From: Octopus vulgaris | Lineage: Eukaryota | Assembly (NCBI GenBank): GCA_951406725.2 | Contig: OX597839.1 | Coordinates: forward strand, 36,642,001 to 36,706,000 | DNA: 64,000 nucleotides | Direction: 5' to 3' | Shown here: positions 53,090 to 64,000 of the stretch, in pieces | How the letters are laid out: the number at the start of each line of letters is the position of its first letter | Numbering within the stretch: position 1 is the first letter of the stretch | Made by a program: the position numbers and the translations under genes | The notes under the pieces: model-generated | What the model saw: only the letters and a program-made list of their open reading frames with translations | What the model was told of the DNA's origin: nothing | Database searches by the model: none

Positions 53090-53376
53090 TACACACAAGT
53101 ATTTTCAATACACTAGCAAACAGGCAAAAGCTTCTGTTATGGTGAATCCAAAATGTAATACTCTTTACTCTTTTACTCGTTTCAGTCATTTTGACTGCAG
53201 CCATGCTGGAGCACCGCCTTTAATCGAGCAACTTGACCCCAGGACTTATTCTTTTGTAAGCCCAGTACTTATTCTATCGATCTCTTTTGCCGAACCGCTA
53301 AGTAACGGGAACATAAACACACCAGCATCGGTTGTCAAGCAATGCTAGGGGGACAAACACAGACACACAAACACAG

Positions 53377-53445
<69 letters not shown>

Positions 53446-54374
53446 CATATATATATACGACGGGCTTCTTTCAGTTTCTGTCTACCAAATCCACACACAA
53501 GGCTTTGGTCGACCCAAGGTGCCACGTAGTGGGACTGAACCCGGAACCATGTGGTTGGTAAACAAGCTACTTACCACACAGCCACTCCTGCGCCTAACCT
53601 TTCTGTTATTTGTATTTCTTCACGTTTGACTTCCATTGGCTCTTGTTCAATTTTTTAATTGCTTGTTAAGTACCTCAAGTGACTATTCCTTCTGATAGAA
53701 TAGTTAAAATGGCCTCTGTGGAGCCTATGTGTGTGTGTGTGTGTGTGTGTGTATCTAGTTGTCTCTCTTTACTCTTTTACTTGTTTCAGTCATTTGACTG
53801 CGGCCATGCTGGAGCACCGCCTTTAGTCGAGCAAATCGACTCCAGGACTTATTCTTTGGAAGCCTAGTACTTATTCTATCAGTCTTTTGCTGAACCGCTA
53901 AGTTATGAGGACGTAAACACACCAGCATCGGTTGTCAAGCGATGTTGGGGTGACAAACACAGATACACAAACATGCACACACACACACATATATATATAT
54001 ACATATAAGTGCCGGTGGCACGTAAAAAACACCCACTACACTCAAGGAGTGGTTGGCGTTAGGAAGGGCATCCAGCCGTAGAAACATTGCCAGATCAGAC
54101 TGGGCCTGGTGCAGCCTTCTGGCTTCCCAGACCCCAGTTGCACCGTCCAACCCATGCCAGCATGGAAAGTGGACGCTAAACAACGATGATGATGATGATG
54201 ATGATGATGATATGATGGGCTTCTTTCAGTTTCCGTCTACTAAATCCACTCACAAGGCTTTGGTCGGCCTGATGCTATAGTAGAAGACATTTGCCCAAGG
54301 TGCCACCCAGTGGGAATGAACCCAGAACCATGTGGTTGGTAAGCAAGCTACTTACCACACAGCCACTCCTGCGT
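52047..54374 (-). mobile_element. Cluster of four family A SINE copies, one with a family D insertion
   Basis: Copies at about 52047, 52640, 53159 and 53770; family D insert at 54009-54212. Confidence 0.8.
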
Positions 54375-54668
54375 CTGTGGGGGATAATAGTTATATTTAT
54401 ATTAGATATATCATTGGTCACACTATAATTGAACTGCAGATATATGTATGCATGAATAAATGAATATTTTCTGAGAAGCTCCTTTCTCGCTATCATGATA
54501 TAATCTACCTCCCGTATGCAACCTGGGGTACATGGCTGGACTCAACACATGGTGGCTGGTAGATCTTATCAAAAGGGATATGATGCTATATTCAAGGGTC
54601 TGTTTCAGTCAGTGTTAAAACCTTCACCACCTCTGTTTATTTTCTTTTCAACTAGCACTGGACTAACC

Positions 54669-54899
54669 TATTTCTTTATTGCCCACAAGGGGCTAAACAC
54701 AGAGGGGACAAACAAGGACAGACAAACGGATTGAGTCGATTATATCGACCCCAGTGCATAACTGGTACTTATTTAATCGACCCCGAAGGGATGAAAGGCA
54801 AAGTCGACCTCGGCGGAATTTGAACTCAGAACGTAACAGCAGACGAAATACGGCTACGCATTTCGCCTGGCATGCTAATGTTTCTGCCAGCTCACCGCC
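54669..54899 (-). mobile_element. SINE family B
   Basis: TSD tagcactggactaac. Confidence 0.87.
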
Positions 54900-54919
54900 T
54901 TTAGCACTGGACTAACAAA

Positions 54920-55393
54920 TAAATAAAATAATCATGTGCTTAGGGCATCAAGAGAGGTAGGGGGCGCCACAGAAATGGTAAATGGCTCATGGCACCAAAG
55001 AAATTATTTTAAACTTCCTAAAATAATATTCAAAGTGGTTTATATGAATTGGAAATATAACAGAATGCTTTTGTGAGTGTATCTTTGTGTTTGTCTTGTA
55101 GCGAGGTACAAAGAAGCCAGTGCCATTTTGAAACAGCGAGATCTTTCCTTAAATAATGGTTGCAGGCAAGATCTCGCTGTTTCAAAATGGCGCTGGCTTC
55201 TTTGTACCTTGCTACAAGACAAACACAAAGAAACACTTACAAAAGCATTCTGTTATATTTCCAAATCATATAAACCACTTTGAATATTATTTTAGGAAGT
55301 TTAAAATAATTTCTTTTGTGCCATGAGCCATTTACTATTTCTGTGGTGCCCCCTACCTCTCTTGATGCCCTTAGCATATGATTATTTTATTTA
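54920..55393. repeat. Long palindrome: 226-bp arms, 22-nt loop
   Basis: 54920-55145 is the reverse complement of 55168-55393; 10 mismatches and no indels by hand alignment. Confidence 0.96.
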
Positions 55394-55913
55394 ATGGTTA
55401 GTTGCCTTTCATCCTTTCGGGGTCGATAAATTAAGTACCAGTTACACACTGGTGTCGATGTAATTTTTTACATTAATCTTAATCTTATTTCGGCAACAAC
55501 AACGCGAACATCACTAACTGCAGCAACAACAACACAAACAATAATACAAAATGGCTGACGGTTAGTAAGGAGAGACACAAATAAGAAAGAAGAAAGCAAA
55601 GGACCACTGAAGCGGTCACAGGAGTGTGACGAAAGAACTCTGGCCGAAATAAGATTAAGATTAATGTAAAGAATAAAAGATAAATAACACTGAAGCAAAA
55701 TAACACCAAATATATAGTGCATGTGTTTTTATTGGCTAAACTGGCAAAATGACCATTCCGAAATACAACAATATCTGTTTCAACACACGACTTCACATAA
55801 AAAATCTTGCACAACAAATATATAAACGTAATATGTAGATAAACAGAATCAGATAGACAGATAGATGGATAGTTATATAAGCAGAGACAGATGACAGATA
55901 GATAGATAGGTGT

Positions 55914-56298
55914 GGAGGCGCAATGGCCCAGTGGTTAGGGCAGCGGACTCGCGGTCATAGGACTGCGGTTTCGATTCCCAGACCGGGCGTTGTGAGTGTT
56001 TATTGAGTGAAAACACCTAAAAGCTCCATGAGGCTCCGGCAGGGGATGGTGGTGATCCCTGCTGTACTCTTTCACCACAACTTTCTCTCACTCTTACTTC
56101 CTGTTTCTGTTGTACCTGTATTTCAAAGGGCCGGCCTTGTCACTCTCTGTGTCACGCTGAATATCCCCGAGAACTGCGTTAAGGGTACACGTGTCTGTGG
56201 AGTGCTCAGCCACTTACACGTTAATTTCACGAGCAGGCTGTTCCGTTGATTCGGATCAACCAGAACCCTCATCGTCGTAACCGATGGAGTGCTTCCAC
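55914..56298 (+). mobile_element. tRNA-derived SINE family C
   Basis: TGGCCCAGTGGTTAGG A-box, GTTTCGATTCC B-box; inserted in (GATA)n; near-identical to the 59738 copy. Confidence 0.88.
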
Positions 56299-56659
56299 CA
56301 TCCAGATAGATAGATAGGTAGATAGATAGATAGATAGATAGATAGACATAGAGATACAGAAAGAGGGAGAGGTAGTATAGAAGATTATTTAGTGAAATGG
56401 AGTCAAAGGAGAAAGTGAAAGCTGAAATCCATATTGGAATGGTAGGATGACTTTGAAAAGATCATTAATGTTTGATTTGAGTAATGGATAGCGAAGAGGT
56501 TTCACTGGAGAAGCAGGAACAGTCATAAACACACAGATTGGAATAAATATGGTGAGAAAAAAAGGGGCTGGGGGTGGGGTGGGGGTATTATTACGAGAAT
56601 TTGGATTTCTCTTTTGATCAGAGATTTTGGAATTGAATTGGAAGTGGATGGGGGGGGGG

Positions 56660-56950
56660 AGGAAGAAGGAAGAGAAGGAAATGAAAGAGAAGAAGAACGT
56701 GAAGAAAAAAGAAGAGGAGGAGGAGGAGGAGGCAGAGGAGAAAAAGAAGAATATGAAGATAAAAGAAAGGAAGGCAAATGTGAAGAAGAAAAAGAAGGAG
56801 AAGAATGTGAAGATGAAGAAGGAAAAGGAAAAGATGGAAAAAGTAAAAAGAATATGATGAAGATGGAGAAAAAGGAAGAGGTGGAGAAAAAGATAAGAAG
56901 AAGACGGATGCAAAGAAGGAGAAGAAGAAACAAGATGCAAAGACAGCAGG
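56660..56950. repeat. (GAA/GAG) purine tract
   Basis: Direct inspection. Confidence 0.9.
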
Positions 56951-57253
56951 GGAGGAAGGATTGGGTGGTTTAGAAATAATCTACAAAATAAAACTGAAAT
57001 TGTTCCAATGTTTTAAAATGGCAGCCAATAATCGTTAATTGGAGACAATAAAATAAGAAGAAGAAGAAGAAGAGGAGGAGAAAAATGGTAACAACAAGTG
57101 ATTTCAAGAAATTTAATGAAACTTTTTCAAAAATGTCAAAATGTAATGAAAAATAAAAATAGATTTAGAAGAAAATTGATTGGAACGAATTATTGATTGA
57201 TGTCTTTTATTATTTTGTTAGAATACTCAAATTTCACTTGATTTCAATTTGTG

Positions 57254-57288
<35 letters not shown>

Positions 57289-57309
57289 GTAAATATGTGT
57301 ATTTACATT

Positions 57310-57342
<33 letters not shown>

Positions 57343-57663
57343 GTGTGTGTATATATATACTAACCGTCAGCCATTTTGTATTATTGTTTTGTGTTGTTGT
57401 TGTTGTTGCAGTTAGTGTGTGTGTGTGTGTATATATATATATATGCACATGTTTGAACATATATGTATGATTTGAATGTAGATATATGTGTGTGTAAATA
57501 AGTGTATTTACATGGTGTGTGTGTGTATATATATATATATATAGGTATGAGTATTTGTGTGTAGATAGGTGTATATGTGTATTTGTATATGTGTATAAGT
57601 CTGTGTAAATGTGTGTGAAAATATCACAGAAAACAGAAAACTATAAAATCTAAAAGTAAAAGA

Positions 57664-58080
57664 ATAATTTTTATTGCTGTGAAATATAATTCTAAAATAT
57701 GTTTTTGTTGCTGTGAAATATGAGTTTGGTGCTAGGAAATATAATACAGTTACTATAAAATATAATTTTGTTGCTGTGAAATAGAATTTAGTGCTTATGA
57801 AATATGATTTTGTGGTTGTGAAATATACTATTGGTGGGAAATATAATTTAGTACCTGTGAAATATAATCTTGGTGATGTGAAATATAATTTTGGTGCTGT
57901 GAAATATAATTTTTTTGGTTGGAAATAGAATTTAGTCCCTGTGAAGTATGATTTTGTGGTTGTGAAATGTTATACTATTGGTGGGAAATATTATTTAGTA
58001 CCTGTGAAATATAATTTTGGTGCTGTGAAATAAGGTTTTGCAGCTATCAAAAGTAATTTTATTGCTGTTAAATATAATTT
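57664..58080. repeat. Degenerate ~21-bp tandem repeat
   Basis: ttttggtgctgtgaaatataa-like units. Confidence 0.75.
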
Positions 58081-59261
58081 TGAATTTTAGAATTGAATTT
58101 GGAGTTGCCGGTGTGTGTGATGGTGGTGGTGGTGTTGGGGGACAAAATCAAAAAAAGAAATAAAATTAAGAGAAAAGTAATAAATATAAAAAAACTGCTT
58201 TAATGTGTAATGTTTGTTAAATGGAGCAGTTTTTATTGGTAAATAGAGATTTGAATGAGATGGCGGAAGGATGGGTGGGTTGGTGTGTTTGATGGATTAA
58301 CAATTATGGTGTTGGTGGTGGTGGTGGTGGTGGTGAAGGTGAGGAGGTGGTGATGTTGGTGATAATTGTGATGGCGATGAGGGTGGTGGTGGTGATGCCT
58401 TTACTGCTGCTGCTTATGATGATTGTGATGACTGTGATTGGGATGATGACAAATGCTATGATGATGATGATGATGATGGTGGTGTGAAGTTATTTAAACA
58501 ATTTCTTCCTATAATAATTTCCAACTTTATTCTTCTGAGAAAAACACGGAAAATTAAAAATAGAACAATTTCATGGTTTAATCATTTATAGTAGTGATGG
58601 CGATGGTGGTGGTAGTATTAATGGTGGTGGTATGGTAGGAGCTGTGGTGAGGTTGGTAGTGATATTGGTAGTAGTGCTGGGTAGTGGTGGTTGTGGTGGT
58701 CATTGCAATGGCATTGGTGATAGTGTGAGTGGAGTGCTGAAAGTGGGGAACCTGCATAAAAAAGAGAAGAACTTCCCCTACCCCAGCAGACCCAACAGAA
58801 GAACAAACCATTGACAATGACAGCCGTACAGTCAAAAGTGTAATTAAATATTTGAAGTTAAGGAAATCATTTGGACCATCAGATATTGTTACTTGAAAAT
58901 ATCAAATGCACTTCAGCATTCACTAAACATACTCAAACGTGTTGCTTCACTGGTCATTGACACACCAAAGTTTCAATGAAGTTAGTGGGGAGCCTACAAG
59001 ATTATCTGCCATCTTGCCAACAACTTTGGCCATCTTTTTAAATTCAATGTCTCTACATCACCTGTGCACTTGCTTCATCATCATCCAGTGTTTTATATCT
59101 GGGTTTTCTCCCTGTTAACAGCGGTGACTGGATCTACCTCAATGCCATAGCAACTGAGGCAGGCAGATGCTGCCCACCCCAATCTTTGGGCTGGCTGGTG
59201 CCCATTCTCCCTTGCTACCATGAGGCTTTTTTGGAGCTGGATTTTCTACAGGGAGCATACC

Positions 59262-59483
59262 TATTTCTTTATTACCCACAAGGGGCTAAACACAGAGGGG
59301 ACAAACAAGGACAGACATAGAGATTAAGTCGATTATATCGACCCCAGTGCATAACTGGTACTTAATTTATCGACCCCGAAAGGATGAAAGGCAAAGTCGA
59401 CCTCGGCGGAATTTGAACTCAGAACGTAGCAGCAGACGAAATACGGCTACGCATTTCGCCCGGCGTGCTAACGTTTCTGCCAG
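59262..59483 (-). mobile_element. SINE family B
   Basis: Match to family B. Confidence 0.85.
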
Positions 59484-59737
59484 CATACCCTTACTTACCC
59501 CCAACCTCAGTCTCTAGACACGAGTGGTCCCAAGACCAAGGCCTTTACCACAATTTTTAAGAAACATGGTGGAAAACTAGCTCAGGAAGGCAGGGATGCT
59601 ACTCCCTGAGGCCCTTTCAGAGCCCCCTACCTAAAATCAAAAACCAGTCCAGCATCCATGGCTTTCAGAAACATTTTTCATATTCAGAACTGTCAAAGCA
59701 TCGAACAAACTAGCCGCATTAGTTGTTAGCTGTTAGG

Positions 59738-60120
59738 GGAGGCGCAATGGCCCAGTGGTTAGGGCAGCGGATTCGCGGTCATAGGACTGCGGTTTCGATT
59801 CCCAGACCGGGCGTTGTGAGTGTTTATTGAGCGAAAACACCTAAAGCTCCACGAGGATCTGGCAGGGGATGGTGGTGATCCCTGCTGTACTCTTTCACCA
59901 CAACTTTCTCTCACTCTTACTTCCTGTTTCTGTTGTACCTGTATTTCAAAGGGCCGGCCTTGTCACTCTCTGTGTCACGCTGAATATCCCCGAGAACTAC
60001 GTTAAGGGTACACGTGTCTGTGGAGTGCTCAGCCACTTACACGTTAATTTCACGAGCAGGCTGTTCCGTTGATTTGGATCAACTGGAACCCTCGTCATCG
60101 TAACCGACGGAGTGCTTCCA
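59738..60120 (+). mobile_element. SINE family C
   Basis: TSD tagctgttagg. Confidence 0.88.
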
Positions 60121-60389
60121 TCCATAGCTGTTAGGATACTGCATCTTTTCAAAGGCCCCATGCTTCCTGAAATTTGCCACTCTACTCCTCATAGGCCTAG
60201 GCATCCTTTCCTCTTTATGGTTCTTTGTTCCTTTTAATGTCATTTGTGTTTTATCCTACATAATATGTATGTATTTTTGGCTTTCATTGCTGTCTTTCTT
60301 AACTTGACTTATTTCTCTTTGCTCTCACCTCTTCACCCTTTTCTAACAAGTTATTCGATATCTAAGCAATGAATACAATAAGCCTACTG

Positions 60390-60755
60390 TTATTACCTCT
60401 GCCTTAACCAAAGCAGAGGTATTGTTTTCAGTTGTGTTTGTTTGTTTGTCCATGGACAAGATATCTCAAGAACCGCTGAATGGATTTGGATGAAACATTC
60501 AGGGATGTTTGGCCTGGCACAAACTGATTAGATTTTGGGATCGATCTGGTGCCAGACAAGAATTCTGGATTATTTTTCTGGGGATTTTTTTCACTTAATT
60601 TTTGAGAGAGATTGGGTTCATATTTAGTATTCTCGTTTGTGAGAGCAGTCAAGTTTATTTCAGATATTCTCATTTTAAAAATCATCTCCGGTTAATTGCT
60701 GAGAGGACATTGGTGTTGCCTTGGCAGAGGTTTGCGCTCTCTGAGTGTTCTTGTT
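60390..60755 (+). mobile_element. Helentron/DINE-1-like non-autonomous element
   Basis: 5' ACCTCTGCC..GCAGAGGT subTIR/IR, (GTTT)n, 3' GGCAGAGGT + GCGCTC..GAGTG stem-loop, T-rich ends. Confidence 0.7.
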
Positions 60756-63151
60756 ATTATTATTAAGTTAGTAAGCTGGCAAAATAATTAACATGCTGGA
60801 CAAAATGCTTAGCTGTATTTCATATCATAACATTATGAGTTCAAATTCTGCTGAAGTCAACTTTGCCTTTCATTCTTTCAGAGTCAATAAATTAAGCACC
60901 AGTCATGGAGTGGGGTTCATATAATCAACTAGCCCCCCCAAAAAAATTTCTGGCTTTGTTCTTATAGTAGAAAGGATTATTATGGTGGCAGGATTTTCCA
61001 CATGTTGCACAGAATCTGTGGTGATATTTCTTCCAGCTCTTTACATTCTGAGTTCAAATTCCACCCAGGTCAACCTTGTCTTTAATCTTTACTGAGTAGA
61101 GGGGTTGATGTAACTGACTTCCCCGTCCCCTCAAAATCCTTGCCTCACACCAAAATTAGAGAGAATTATTATTATCATCTTGCAAAGTATGACATGCAGC
61201 AGTCACTTGCAGATAGAAGAGAAGGGTGTCGGACCCAATGACTGGTGTATCATCATCAACGGCATCAAGAAGGGAAATAAAGATGCACTTGAAAGATGCA
61301 TCTACTGAAGCAGCAAGCTGAACAGAATTAGCCCAGATGAGATGCAGAGCAAGCTTCTGGAAAGACTAATATTGATCCTTTAATCCTGATGAGATAACTA
61401 CAAGAGAAGTTTAAGCTCAGACTAAGCTAGTGAGTCTGGTATTTGTTGTCTTGGAGAAGGCTTTGAGAGGGTATCATCCTTTACAGCCTGGGGTGTCGCT
61501 GCAAAAACTAAGGGTTGATTAATGGTTTGTGAGATTTGTGCAAGCCATGCACAAAAGTGTTGTTATGAAGGTGAGAGCCACTCAAGAGTTGAGTGAGGAA
61601 TTCCTGTTGCAGGTTGGAGTACAACATAACAGAGACATTTAACTCTTTTTGTTATTGTATGTCTGTTGAAATATGTTGCTTTTGTAGCAATTAAGCTTGA
61701 AAATAATTATGTATTTAGTTGAATAACTTTATCATTATTAAGCTGGTGTTTGGAGCATAAATTAGCAAAACAATTTCATGGTTTTAATTGAGATCACTAA
61801 ACCGATTGTTACTTTATTTCTATTGAAGTACACTGCGTTCATTTCAATTAATTTTGAAATTAATGACGTATTTATTAAAAGAACTTTGTCTGGCATTTGG
61901 AAGATAAATCAACATAAAATGTTGATGGAAGTTTTTCATTTAAATCACTTTAAACAAGAAGGTTGTGTCATATAATCAGGGGACAACCCCAGTGTGGTTG
62001 GTACTAAAAGGGTTAAGACTGGTTAGCCTTGGAAACTTCTACATAGTAGTGACTTATTTCTTTCTCAAAGCTGAATTGATCAAAGATTTAGGGAAGAAAT
62101 TTAAAAGTTGGAAGCAAAATCTAGAAAGCAAACCTAGCAAAGATGAAAAGTTTTGAGCCATCAGGAGACAAGACCGGACCTTACTTCAATTAAGGAAGTG
62201 GCCACAACTGATGATGTGACCACTTCCTAATGTATAAAGGGAGTTGGTAGGACTGCTGTAATGTATAATCATAGGAGAGATGTTGTGGGATCACAGGCAA
62301 GGTGATAGAAAAGGTTCATTTCTTATATGGCAGATTGTACTGGGGGTCAGTTACTTAGATGGAGCGGAGCGTTTTGTAATAGAGTGGGGGGGATACAAAG
62401 GAGGGGAATGGGTGTGTTGTAATGAAGAGATAGGAAGGAGGGAGGGTGTGTGTGTGTGTGGGGGGGGTTGTAAAGAGGTGGTAGGAAGGAGGGTGGGGTG
62501 TGTGTTGTAATGGAGGGTTTAGGTGGGGGTGAACAAACAGTTAAAGGAAAATGAATTTTTTCAAATTAATCCTGGAATATATATTTCAGTAATGAAATAA
62601 AATGGCAAATTTTGTATTGTCTTTGAAAAATGGAACATCCAAAAACATGGTCTCATATAGACAGACACACACACACACACGCACACACATGCATATGCAA
62701 ATTCATTCACTGACACATACACATAGTTACAAGGGTAGATGCATACACCCACACACATATGCATACACACACACATAAATACACAGGAAGGACAGACAAA
62801 CGCATAGACTGAGCCACAGGAAGGACACTCACATACACACACACACACACACACAAAAGTCTGCTCTGCCAGAAGTAGGTCTTTGTGATTTCCCATGGAT
62901 AGTTTAATTTAAAAAAATTAACTTATTTCTGTGTTAACATTGTCACATAACCTGGCCAATATGGAAGTTATATTAGAGATTATATTTATTTCTCATTACA
63001 CTTGATGAGCAATAGTGTTATTCAAGGGAATATCTGCAACTCAGTGCAGAGCAAATATATCAAGGGGCTTCGTTCTTGAAGCCCCAGTTTTTTTGTGGGT
63101 TTTGTAACTGGTGCATAGTTTCATAATTGATATGCATCAATGAAAAATACA

Positions 63152-63680
63152 CAGGTGCAGGCGTGGCTGTGGGGTAACAAGCTTGCTTCTCAACCACATG
63201 GTTCCAGGTTCAGTCCCACTGCTTGGCATCTTGGGCAAGTGTCTTCTACTAGAGACTTAGGCCAACCAAAGTCTTGTGAGTGGATTTGGTAGACGGAAAC
63301 TGAAAGAAGCCTGTCATGTATATATATATATATATACATGTGATACCAGTGCTGGTGGCACGTAAGAGAACCATTCGAACGTGGCCATAGCACCATCCGA
63401 TTGTGGTCGTTTGCCAGCCTTGTCTGGCACCTGTGCCGGTGACACGTAAAAAGCACCCACTACACTCACGGAGTGGTTGGCGTTAGGAAGAGCATCCAGC
63501 CGTAGAAACATTGCCAGATCAGACTGGGCCTGGTACAGCCTCCTGGCTTCCCAGACCCCAGTTGAACCGTCCAACCCATGCTAGCATGGAAAGCGGATGT
63601 TAAACGATGATGATGATGTATGTGTATGTTTGTGTGTCTGTTTGTCCTCTTACCATCACTTGACAACCGATGTTTTCTCT
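63152..63680 (+). mobile_element. SINE family A with family D insertion
   Basis: Family A head, then the LINE UTR at 63339-63617 inside its microsatellite. Confidence 0.78.
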
Positions 63681-64000
63681 CAGGGTAGAAAACTGAGGGC
63701 CACAATATCCTGTGTGTCCATTACTGATAGCTGTAGGATGTGATTTGTGGGAGATTTGGCTATTATGTCTAGCAAGTCAAATGACCATATCAAGGCTTCT
63801 TTGTGAGTTATTTAGTCTGTTGCTGTTCCATCAATTGTACTAACTTTCCACCCAACTCCAGCTGTACTCCACCTGTTTAATTTATTTACACCTGCTTACT
63901 AGCAGGTGTAAATAATTGTTTCTGAAGTGAATACCTTTGGTCATAAGTCCACTGGATCAGAACTGACTTGGGGCTAAACACCACCAACAACAACAACAAT

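Noticed and set aside
55030-55283. Mirror-image ORFs on both strands
   Set aside because: Trivial consequence of the palindrome.
55914-55990. tRNA gene
   Set aside because: A/B boxes are present but run into a SINE body with multiple copies and TSDs; no clean cloverleaf.
56389-56973. Glu/Lys-rich ORFs
   Set aside because: Purine low-complexity tract without splice or domain support.
62193-62228. 14-bp hairpin with CTGATGA in the loop
   Set aside because: No stem II or GAAA, so not a hammerhead; too short to be significant.
45559-64000. First non-coding exon/promoter of the peptidase
   Set aside because: Several donor-like sites exist (e.g. near 46345 and 46988), but none can be singled out without transcripts.

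Overview
AT-rich, repeat-dense animal genomic DNA. The SINE families and microsatellite load resemble those of an octopus (coleoid cephalopod); this attribution is from recall and was not searched. The window holds one intact minus-strand gene, reconstructed by hand as 21 coding exons (45411 to 5837, 2283 nt, 760 aa), all GT-AG with consistent phases. It encodes a type II membrane M13 metallopeptidase (neprilysin-like) with [21 protein letters not shown] and terminal CQVW motifs. Its first non-coding exon and promoter were not located. Almost all ORF-track entries are microsatellite or SINE artefacts. Introns and flanks carry three tRNA-derived SINE families, RTE-type LINE ends, Tc1/mariner remnants, piggyBac-like MITEs, Helitron/Helentron elements, Penelope-like repeats with minimal hammerhead-like motifs and a 74-bp minisatellite. 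The most notable oddities are long fold-back hairpins (226-bp and 217-bp arms), a duplicated donor site that would truncate the enzyme, an apparent 9-nt intron shift and a uORF-packed leader. I see no evidence of a new multi-gene system; the candidates are RNA-structure and splicing-level features.
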